A DNA stretch of 41,731 nt from Opitutales bacterium (lineage in GTDB: Bacteria; Verrucomicrobiota; Verrucomicrobiia; Opitutales; UBA2987). Shown piece after piece: positions 9,104-17,053 of this stretch. The notes under the pieces are model-generated. The model had not been told where the DNA came from and ran no database searches. It saw nothing but the letters and a program-made list of their open reading frames with translations. The stretch lies in assembly GCA_965226885.1 (NCBI GenBank), contig CBDDEL010000006.1:1-41731 (forward strand). The letters run 5' to 3'. Positions within the stretch are counted from its first letter, which is position 1, and the number at the start of each line of letters is the position of its first letter. The position numbers were made by a program, and so were the translations under genes.

Positions 9104-9815
9104 ATGAAGACACGAACAACCACTTCACATTCACTTATTTGGGCAATTCTCTGCCTTTCGATAATTTTTACCAACTCGGCACATGCCGGCACATGCCATT
9201 TTTCTTGGCCAGATCGATGATTTTACGGGCGGAACAACGGGCAATTGGGCCATTGGCAACCTGAACAGTCCATTTGCTCCGGTCAATATTTCAAGCGGGG
9301 GGCCATTTGAAGCCACTGAATCGCCGGATGCATTTTTGCAATTAAGCTCATCCGGCACTTCAGGCGCCGGCAGCAAACTGATATCGTTTAACATAAACCA
9401 GTGGACCGGGGATTATATTGGGGCGGGCGTTACAGAAATCAGCCTCTATTTCAATAATATGGGTTCCAATGCCGTTAACATGCGTCTTGGGTTTTTCGGG
9501 GCGGAATCTACATTCAGCACCCAACAGGGTTTTTCCATCAACCCCGGCAGCGGGTGGCAGGAGTTTACCTTCGACCTGACGGCTGAAGATGTCGTCCTGC
9601 TGAGCGGAACCGCATCTTTCGCCCAGGGTTTTGCCAATATTGCGGAAATGCGCATTTTATCTTCAGTCAATCCTGCCTTTTCCGGTGATCTAATCGCCGC
9701 CACGGTCGGGATCGACAACATCACAGCCATACCTGAGCCGTCCTCAATTCTCCTTTTGTTGACGGGAGTCGCCGGACTGTCCCTGGCAAGGCGCATGAAG
9801 GTAAAACGAGCTTAG
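9104..9815 (+). CDS. PEP-CTERM sorting-domain protein; signal peptide disconnected by a 10-bp tandem duplication
   Basis: C-terminus IPEPSSILLLLTGVAGLSLARRMKVKRA. The ATG at 9104 gives MKTRTTTSHSLIWAILCLSIIFTNSAHA, which joins IFLGQIDDF only if one GGCACATGCC copy (9178-9197) is removed. Confidence 0.85.
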
Positions 9816-9898
9816 GCTTGTCATAAAAGACATTTTCACCAAAGTGGATTTCCGGTTGGTCTGGACGGCCTTTTTTTTGCATTCACTTTAGATTTTCT

Positions 9899-10561
9899 AT
9901 GAAAACAGCTCTTATTTTTTATGGCGGATGGGAAGGCCACCAACCATTGGAGACGACGGAGCTTTTTTCGCGTTTGCTGGAGGAGGACGGTTTTGCCGTC
10001 AATGCCACGGAATCATTGGAAGACCTTGAGGACGTGGCAGACTTGCTCGTTTACGACCTCATCATTCCCAATTGGACGATGGGGGAATTGAGCACTAAAC
10101 AGGCCGATTGCCTGGCCGAGGCGGTGGCCAGAGGCTGTGGTTTAGGCGGCTGGCACGGCGGTATGGGCGATGCCTTTCGCGGTAATACCCAGTATCAGTT
10201 CATGGTCGGCGGCCAGTTTGTCGCCCACCCCGGAAAAATAATTTCTTACACCGTAAATATCACAGATCGCGAGCATCCCATTACCAAAGGTCTGGAAGAC
10301 TTCACCATGCATTCGGAGCAATATTACATGCACGTTGACCCCTCCAACAAGGTGCTCGCCCAAACCACTTTTGATGGAAAAGTGCATCCTTGGATCGAGG
10401 GCGCGGAAATACCGATCGTATGGTTGAGACGATGGGGAAAGGGCAAAATCTTCTACTGCTCCCTGGGGCATGGCATAGAAGATTTTGAAGTGCCTCAATG
10501 TCGTGAAATCATCCGCCGTGGACTCAACTGGGCGGCCCGTCCCGAAGGCGTGGACTGGTAG
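9899..10561 (+). CDS. ThuA-like domain protein (class I glutamine amidotransferase-like fold)
   Basis: GGWEGHQP, GLGGWHGGMGDAFR, VGGQFVAHPG, SEQYYMHVDP and WGKGKIFYCSLGH. Confidence 0.85.
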   Translation: MKTALIFYGGWEGHQPLETTELFSRLLEEDGFAVNATESLEDLEDVADLLVYDLIIPNWTMGELSTKQADCLAEAVARGCGLGGWHGGMGDAFRGNTQYQFMVGGQFVAHPGKIISYTVNITDREHPITKGLEDFTMHSEQYYMHVDPSNKVLAQTTFDGKVHPWIEGAEIPIVWLRRWGKGKIFYCSLGHGIEDFEVPQCREIIRRGLNWAARPEGVDW

Positions 10562-10575
10562 CGATTTTTCTCAAT

Positions 10576-10851
10576 TTAAAAAAGCACCCTGAAATCGGGG
10601 AAGTTTTTTAGTCTCCCCTCGGTGACAACCAGTTTGTCCACCTTGGCCCAGATGGGACCCTTATGACTCCATTGCAGGAATTCATCGAGTTTTGCTTCGT
10701 CGCCCTCGGCTTCAATCCATACGGCGCCATTGGGCTCGTTGCGGGAAAATCCGTTAATGCCCAGCTTTTGTGCTTCACGGCGGGCGGTGTCGCGAAAGAA
10801 GACTCCCTGCACCCGGCCTGAAACCGATAGATTGAGGTGTTTCATATTCAA
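10576..10851 (-). CDS. acyP: Acylphosphatase
   Basis: SGRVQGVFFR and GFSRNEPNGAVWIEAEG signatures. Confidence 0.93.
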   Translation of the reverse strand: MNMKHLNLSVSGRVQGVFFRDTARREAQKLGINGFSRNEPNGAVWIEAEGDEAKLDEFLQWSHKGPIWAKVDKLVVTEGRLKNFPDFRVLF

Positions 10852-10861
10852 TTACAATTAT

Positions 10862-11385
10862 TCAGCTCCATATTTCTGTGAAGACCTGACGGTAAATTTC
10901 CGTATTTTCGGCCGGAAAACAGCAGTAAACAATTCGCTTGAGAACGCTGCCACTTTCGGGAAAGTCTTTGACCACCTGCAAGGCAATGCGCGCAGCTTCC
11001 CTCAACGGGTACCCGTAAACCCCGGCGCTGATGGATGGAAACGCTATACTTCCGATCCCATTATCCTCCGCCAGGACAAGGGAATTGCGATAACAGGCGG
11101 CCAGTAATTCGGGCTCGCCGCAATCTCCACCCTGGTAAACCGGCCCGACCGCGTGAATGACATAGCGGGCCGGCAGAGACGATACCCTTTTGTTATGCGG
11201 GCCTCACCTGTCGGGCATCCGCCTACCCCCCGGCACTCCTCCAGAAGCCCGGGCCCGGCCGCCCGTTGAATGGCTCCGTCCACACCCCCTCCGCCCAACA
11301 AAGCTTTATTGGCCGCATTGACGATCGCCTCCACTTTCAAACGGGTAATATCGCCAGTGATTATTTCTATTTTTTGTGGGGACAT
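10862..11385 (-). CDS. ymdB: Macrodomain O-acetyl-ADP-ribose deacetylase (YmdB-like), frameshifted by 2 extra bases
   Basis: GDIT, IVNAAN and GGGVDGAI motifs. Removing one CT from CTCT at 11175-11178 gives [15 protein letters not shown]...[14 protein letters not shown] ending at TGA 10862-10864; total length 524 = 522+2. Confidence 0.85.
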
Positions 11386-11441
11386 TTCTTAGCAAACTAC
11401 CATAATATAAAGGATTCAATTTTCCACTTAAAACATTCCTA

Positions 11442-12272
11442 GTGAAAATCATTCTGACAGCGCTGCATCTGGAAGCCCGGCCTCTTCTTCAGCATTTCGG
11501 CTTGAAAAAGGATGCGCTATCCCGCCGCCTGCCGGTTTATCTGGGCGATAATATTTGCCTGGCGGTCTGTGGCACAGGCATGGTCAAGGCGGCTGCGGCG
11601 ACTGGCTGGGTGTTGGGAAAATACGGCGGCCAAGGGGCCGTGGCCATCAATTTCGGCCTGGCCGGGTGCGCCCATTATGCAACGCCCATTGGCGAACTGT
11701 TTTCCATCAACAAGATTACCGACCACGCCACACAGCGATCCTATTATCCCGAAATGGCTTTAAAATTTTCATTGCCGGAAAAATCGCTGATTACATGCGA
11801 CCAGCCCGTGACAAGAGATCGCGCCGCGGACATCGGCGACAGCCTGGCCGATATGGAGGGGAGCGGTTTTTTCAGCGCCGCGGCTACATTTTTACCGGTC
11901 GATTGTATCGTCTGCCTGAAAATGGTTTCGGATCATCTGGAAGATAAGAGGCTAGATAAATCGGGGATGACTTCTCTCATTGAGGCCCGCCTGGAGGATA
12001 TCGCCCATGTTGTCAATATGTGCGAAAGCCTGATTGAAAAGGACCGGGATCCGCTAAAGTTGGAGAACAGGTTGTTTTTGGGTGAACTGGCCAAATCATT
12101 GCGCCTGACTGCCACCCAGCAGCATCAACTGTTTGATTGGTCCCGCGGCTATGTCATTCGGACGGGTAATAACCTCGACTTCATCCGGCCCTTTCTGTCG
12201 CGTCAATTCAGCAGCAAAGCCTCCAGAAACCGCATCCTCGAATCCATCAAGCATGAACTTTTGGCAGAATAA
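11442..12272 (+). CDS. Nucleoside phosphorylase / MTA-SAH nucleosidase-fold protein (PNP_UDP_1) with a helical C-terminal extension
   Basis: TALHLEA, CGTGMVKAA, INFGLAG, DMEGSGF and KMVSD motifs. Confidence 0.75.
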   Translation: MKIILTALHLEARPLLQHFGLKKDALSRRLPVYLGDNICLAVCGTGMVKAAAATGWVLGKYGGQGAVAINFGLAGCAHYATPIGELFSINKITDHATQRSYYPEMALKFSLPEKSLITCDQPVTRDRAADIGDSLADMEGSGFFSAAATFLPVDCIVCLKMVSDHLEDKRLDKSGMTSLIEARLEDIAHVVNMCESLIEKDRDPLKLENRLFLGELAKSLRLTATQQHQLFDWSRGYVIRTGNNLDFIRPFLSRQFSSKASRNRILESIKHELLAE

Positions 12273-13269
12273 TTTTTCCCATATTTACGTGGAAAAATCT
12301 TCCCGGCAGCATCGCTTGACAGACAATATTCTGGCCCGATTCCCCAAGGCCGCCCAGATCGAAATCGATAATTACAAGGATGTGTTTGCCCGGGCGGGGC
12401 AGAACTTTCCCCGGCAAAAAAATCGCATTCAACTCATCCTGGCGGAGGAAAAAGGGAAGTTGCTCTACAGCGGGAGCGAGAATGCGCAGGATTTCGGTTA
12501 CCCGAATTTTTATTATAACTCACTTATTCTCAATTGTCTTTACAATTGCGACTATTGCTACTTGCAAGGCATGTATCCCTCCGCCCATATGGTTGTTTTC
12601 GTCAATCTGGAGGATTTTTTCCTGGCCGTCCAAAAAGCCATTGCGGAACGCCCCGACCCGGCCTCTCCGCTCTACCTGCCCATTTCCTACGACACCGATT
12701 TGCTCGCCTTCGAGTCCATCGTCCCGTTTTGCCGCAAGTGGCTCGAATTTTCTCGAACGGAACCCGATTTGCTAATAGAAATACGAACCAAAAGCGCCAA
12801 CTTTAACATTTTAAAAGGCATCGAGCCGCATTCCAGGGCTATTCTTGCCTGGACGCTTTCACCACAATTTGTGGCCGAAAAATATGAAAATGGAACCCCA
12901 ACTACCGAAAGGAGAATTTCTGCCGCCAAAAAGGCGTTGGATGAAGGCTGGCCTGTGCGGCTTTGTTTCGATCCAGTATTACGGTTTCCCAGCTGGGTGG
13001 GCGCTTATAGGCAATTTTTTGCGGAAGTATTCGCCGCTCTGCCGTCCGAAAAAATACGCGATGCCAGTGTGGGAGTTTTCCGCATGAACGCCGGTTATTT
13101 TAAAAGGATCAAAAAAATGAGAAACGACACCGATATCCTGCATCAACCATACGAGAGGAGCGGCAAAATCGTCAGCTACGCGGAAAAGGATCGCAGAGAG
13201 CTGACCGGAACCATCTGTGAGATGCTGAAGAACTACCTACCAACGGAGAAAATCGAAGTATGGACATAG
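12253..13269 (+). CDS. Spore photoproduct lyase (SplB)-like radical SAM protein
   Basis: NCLYNCDYCYLQG (CxxxCxxC with the SPL-type YCYL), EIRTKS, LAWTLSP, VRLCFDP. The ATG at 12253 overlaps the end of the upstream gene. Confidence 0.85.
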   Translation: MNFWQNNFSHIYVEKSSRQHRLTDNILARFPKAAQIEIDNYKDVFARAGQNFPRQKNRIQLILAEEKGKLLYSGSENAQDFGYPNFYYNSLILNCLYNCDYCYLQGMYPSAHMVVFVNLEDFFLAVQKAIAERPDPASPLYLPISYDTDLLAFESIVPFCRKWLEFSRTEPDLLIEIRTKSANFNILKGIEPHSRAILAWTLSPQFVAEKYENGTPTTERRISAAKKALDEGWPVRLCFDPVLRFPSWVGAYRQFFAEVFAALPSEKIRDASVGVFRMNAGYFKRIKKMRNDTDILHQPYERSGKIVSYAEKDRRELTGTICEMLKNYLPTEKIEVWT

Positions 13270-14338
13270 CCATTGTCACTGGCGCAGCCTCCGGCATCGG
13301 CCTGGCCATAGCCCGCCGATTGGTGGCCTTGGGAATGCGGGTTTACGGACTGGGCGGAAATTATGGGGATACACCCTACTCCCATGAATACTTCGTGCCC
13401 ACTCCCTGCGACCTGGCCGACCCGACCGATATTGCTGAGAGGACGGAGATTATCCTGAAAAAAGAAGGTCACATTTTTCTCCTCGTGAACAACGCCAAGA
13501 CCTACCCCTCCACTCCTTTCCTTGATAAAATCAGCCTCGTTGAGTTGGAAAGAGTTCTGCGCGTCAATTTGCTCTGCCCTCTGATTCTGGCCCGGCTGGC
13601 CCTGCCCGGACTGGCTCGCTTGCGGGGTTTTATTGTCAATATCGTTCCCTCCACCGCAGATCAGGCCAAAGGCGGTCCAGCCGGTGCGGCGGCTGCCGGC
13701 GGATTGCGCTGGCTGGGGCAAAGCCTCTTCGAGGAATGCCGCGAAACCGGGGTCAAGGTTACCTCCATCTTTCCGCAGGCCAACGTTTCCATAAGTTCGG
13801 AACCGCAATCTATCCCAGAGAAAAATCCGCAGAGCGTGATTGATGTGGAAGCGCTGGCCGATGCCGTCGAAAGCATCGTGAAGAACCCCCACGGCAATAT
13901 CATTACGGAAATGGTCATACGCCCCCAGCGGCTCCTGGAAAAGCCGGTTCCTCCGCCCATGGACATCCCTTTTCCTCCAGTCAAAGCGATGAACGATCCC
14001 TATCGCCGCCCGACGGCCTCGGATTTGGAAAAAACGAGGACCGCTATCCAGAAAAAAGCGAAGAAGACGGAGGCCAGGGAAAAAAGCGCGCCAATCCGCC
14101 CAACCAAAAAGACTACCGTAAAAAATTTAGGAAGGCAGTCCCAAATCCTCCCCCAAAGCCCAGGGAGAAATCGCGCTCGCTGACCAAAAAAGCAGCCGTG
14201 GAGAAACCCGTAGCAAAGAAGGCTGTCATTAATAAGCCAAAACCAAAAACGAAAACCCCTCCCGAAAAACCCGCAGCAAGGGCGATAAAGACCAAACGCA
14301 ACCGATCCCGAATTCCGAAAAAAAGGATTTTGGAATAG
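13260..14338 (+). CDS. SDR-family Rossmann protein lacking YxxxK, with a Pro/Lys/Ala-rich basic tail; ORF stops at 14183 but probably continues to 14338 across a 1-bp indel
   Basis: TGAASGIG, CDL, LVNNA and VNL motifs. The -1 frame from about 14080 reads KKRANPPNQKDYRKKFRKAVPNPPPKPREK...KKAAVEKPVAKKAVINKPKPK...ILE*. Confidence 0.75.
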
Positions 14339-14443
14339 CTGAAAAATGAAATTCGGGGGGATTTTCACCGAAGGAATACCTCCATTAATCCATTGACCCA
14401 CGCAGTTTAGGCCTTTTTTTACATCAATACTTTATTTAATTTA

Positions 14444-15850
14444 ATGAATCGGGTTTATTTAAAGACTTACGGCTGCCAGATGAACGAAAGGGATTCGGAG
14501 GCGGTCGCCGCCATGCTTCGCAACCGCGGTTACAGCATCGTCCACCATGAAAAGGAGGCGGATGTGGTTTTGCTCAACACCTGCGCGGTGCGCGATCAGG
14601 CGGAACAAAAGGCCATCGGCAAAACCGGTTACCTGGTTAAAAACAAGAGGGCCAACCCCGACTTCGTCATCGGCATCCTGGGCTGTATGGCCCAGAACCG
14701 GGGAACCGAGCTGCTGGATCGGTTGCCGGACCTCGATTTGCTGGTCGGCACCCAGAAATTTCACCGTGTGCCCGATCACATTGATCATATCATGGCTTCC
14801 CTTAAAGGCAGGGGCCCAGTCCCGCGGACGATTGTCGATCTGGACGAGGAGGAGGGCTCCCAAAACACCATTCGCGCCCACAACCCGGAGGAGCGGCGCA
14901 TCAGCGCTTTCGTTTCCATCATGCAGGGCTGCAACATGAACTGCACCTTTTGCATCGTCCCGAAAACACGAGGAAGGGAACGCTGCCGTGCCATTTCCGA
15001 CATCGTGGAGGAGGTGGAAGAACTGGCAGCGGGCGGAACCAGGGAAGTCACCCTGCTGGGCCAAATCGTGAACAGCTACGGGCGGCGCGAGATTCCTTTT
15101 CGGAAGGGGAAAAGCCCATTTGTGCAACTGCTCGAAGCGGTCAACGAAGTTAAAGGCATCGAGAGAATCCGTTTCACCTCGCCCCACCCCAGGGGTTTTA
15201 AAAAGGACCTGATCGAGGCCTATGGCGAATTGCCGAAGCTCTGCGAACACGTTCATTTGCCCCTGCAAAGCGGTTCCAACCGTATTTTGAAGGCCATGAA
15301 CCGCCCCTACAGCATTGAGCGTTATAGGCAGATCGTGGATGATTTGCGCGCCATTGTACCGGATATGTATTTTTCGACCGATATCATCGTCGGTTTTCCG
15401 GGCGAAACGGAGGAAGATTTCGACCTTACGCGGGAGTTTTTCCAGGAAATCGGTTTCGAGATGGCCTACATTTTTAAATACAGTGTGCGCACCGGCACAC
15501 CGGCCGCTGAACTGGAAGACCAAGTCCCCAAAACCGTCAAGGAGGAACGCAACCAGGTTCTGCTGAAAATCCTGGCGGAACGTTCCCTGGCGCGTAACCA
15601 ATCGCTCATCGGAACCACCCAGGAAGTCCTGGTGGAAGGCCCGGCGCGCAAAGGCAAGGGTATACTGGCGGGCCGCACACGGGGAAACCGCAAGGTTGTT
15701 TTGGCCGGAAATCCAGGACTGGCGGGATCGCTTGTGGCCGTCCACATTGAGGATGCCACGGTGGGCACTCTGCGAGGTTCCCTGGTAAAAAATGCCCTAG
15801 GCCAATCACGTCGGCGGGCATCCGAAAGAGCCCTTCAGCCAGCCTTATAA
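14444..15850 (+). CDS. miaB: tRNA (N6-isopentenyladenosine(37)-C2)-methylthiotransferase MiaB
   Basis: TYGCQMNERDSE, NTCAVR, GCMAQ, GCNMNCTFCIVP, RFTSPHP, STDIIVGFPGETEEDF and a C-terminal TRAM domain. Confidence 0.97.
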   Translation: MNRVYLKTYGCQMNERDSEAVAAMLRNRGYSIVHHEKEADVVLLNTCAVRDQAEQKAIGKTGYLVKNKRANPDFVIGILGCMAQNRGTELLDRLPDLDLLVGTQKFHRVPDHIDHIMASLKGRGPVPRTIVDLDEEEGSQNTIRAHNPEERRISAFVSIMQGCNMNCTFCIVPKTRGRERCRAISDIVEEVEELAAGGTREVTLLGQIVNSYGRREIPFRKGKSPFVQLLEAVNEVKGIERIRFTSPHPRGFKKDLIEAYGELPKLCEHVHLPLQSGSNRILKAMNRPYSIERYRQIVDDLRAIVPDMYFSTDIIVGFPGETEEDFDLTREFFQEIGFEMAYIFKYSVRTGTPAAELEDQVPKTVKEERNQVLLKILAERSLARNQSLIGTTQEVLVEGPARKGKGILAGRTRGNRKVVLAGNPGLAGSLVAVHIEDATVGTLRGSLVKNALGQSRRRASERALQPAL

Positions 15851-15861
15851 TTTTGCCGGTA

Positions 15862-16398
15862 ATGTCACTTTTTGCAGCTACCTTAATTACCGGACTGATT
15901 CTGGTAGCGGTCGGCGTCTTCCTTTTTTCGATGAAGGAAAAGGTCGAGACTTTGGCTAAAAAGTCCTTGCGCTCAATGCCGGTGGCAATCCTCACCATGG
16001 GGTTGGGCGGCGGCTGGTTTCTTTACCAGGTGACTCAGTTGGGAGAGGCCGATTTTGGCAATTTCAGGAAACTCCTCTTCGCCTTTTTCCTGGCTGTGGG
16101 GGTGCTGTCTTTCTTCCATGTGCGGGACTTCTTGTCCGTCCGCGGGGCGGCCATACTATGCCTATTGACGGCTAAAGTTGCATTGGACGCCGCCTTCATG
16201 CAACCGCAGGCCAGTCGTCTCCTGCTGGTCGGCTTTGTCTATGTTTGCATCCTGCTGGCGCTATACTTTGGAACGGTTCCTTTTCGGCTGCGCGACTTTT
16301 TTGACTGGCTTTTTAGCCGTGATATCCGGGTCAGGATTTTCGGCTCCCTGTTCACAGTATACGGACTGGTTTTGTGTATTGCAGCCTTCACCTATTGA
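15862..16398 (+). CDS. Hypothetical integral membrane protein (about 6 TM helices)
   Basis: Several hydrophobic segments; packed between miaB and gmk with gaps of 11 bp and 1 bp. Confidence 0.8.
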   Translation: MSLFAATLITGLILVAVGVFLFSMKEKVETLAKKSLRSMPVAILTMGLGGGWFLYQVTQLGEADFGNFRKLLFAFFLAVGVLSFFHVRDFLSVRGAAILCLLTAKVALDAAFMQPQASRLLLVGFVYVCILLALYFGTVPFRLRDFFDWLFSRDIRVRIFGSLFTVYGLVLCIAAFTY

Positions 16399-16399
16399 A

Positions 16400-17014
16400 A
16401 TGACCGCGATTAAGGACTCTACTTCTCTGTTATTGATTGTCTCCGGCCCGGCCGGGAGTGGAAAGACGACCCTTTGCCAGCGTATGATAGAAGAATACCA
16501 GCCCGGCTTGCAACGGGTTGTCACGGCGACCACGAGATCGCCCAGAAAGGGTGAGGTTGAGGGGAAAGATTATTATTTCCTGGATTCGGAAACTTTCGAA
16601 AAAAAGATTCAGGCGGGAGAGTTTTTCGAGCACGCCCATGTGCATATTTACCGCTATGGAGTTTTAAAAAGCGAAATCCATGACAAGCTCGGACAAAACA
16701 TTGACATGATTGCGACCATAGACGTGCAGGGCGCGGCCACCATGCGGCGGGCGGCCAAAGCGGACCCGCTGCTGATGGGCCGAGTGGCCACAATCTTCAT
16801 TTCCCCGCAAAGTCTGGCACAAATACGCGAACGCCTGGAAGGCCGCGGCCAGGACGACGCCGATGAAATTGAAAGACGCTTGCAGGTAGCGCAAAAGGAA
16901 ATGCGTGAATGGGAGAAATTCGCTCATCATTTCCGCAGCAGCGGCCGGGACGAAGATTTCGCCACCCTGAGAAACATTTATGAGGCGGAAAAGGCAAAAC
17001 GAGTCACCATCTGA
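16400..17014 (+). CDS. gmk: Guanylate kinase
   Basis: SGPAGSGKTT, TTRSPRKGEVEGKDYYF, YRYG, IDVQGA and RLEGRGQD; start taken at ATG 16400. Confidence 0.95.
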   Translation: MTAIKDSTSLLLIVSGPAGSGKTTLCQRMIEEYQPGLQRVVTATTRSPRKGEVEGKDYYFLDSETFEKKIQAGEFFEHAHVHIYRYGVLKSEIHDKLGQNIDMIATIDVQGAATMRRAAKADPLLMGRVATIFISPQSLAQIRERLEGRGQDDADEIERRLQVAQKEMREWEKFAHHFRSSGRDEDFATLRNIYEAEKAKRVTI

Positions 17015-17053
17015 AGACAATTTTGATAAGCTCTTGCGTGGGTGTGGATGATT

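Noticed and set aside
12282..12297. Second parS-like sequence (..TTTACGTGGAAAA)
   Set aside because: Only part of one half-site matches and it is not palindromic.
14050..14090. Programmed -1 ribosomal frameshift in the SDR tail
   Set aside because: The A-runs are not phased as X XXY YYZ in the reading frame (GAA AAA AGC); a homopolymer indel, as in trmB, is simpler.
14459..15745. 428-aa antisense ORF opposite miaB
   Set aside because: Lies entirely on the reverse strand of a conserved GC-rich gene and has no recognisable motifs; this is the expected shadow ORF from codon bias.
16178..16399. N-terminal extension of guanylate kinase (and likewise 12133-12252 for the SPL-like gene)
   Set aside because: Each overlaps the upstream gene in another frame, and homology motifs begin only after the downstream ATG.
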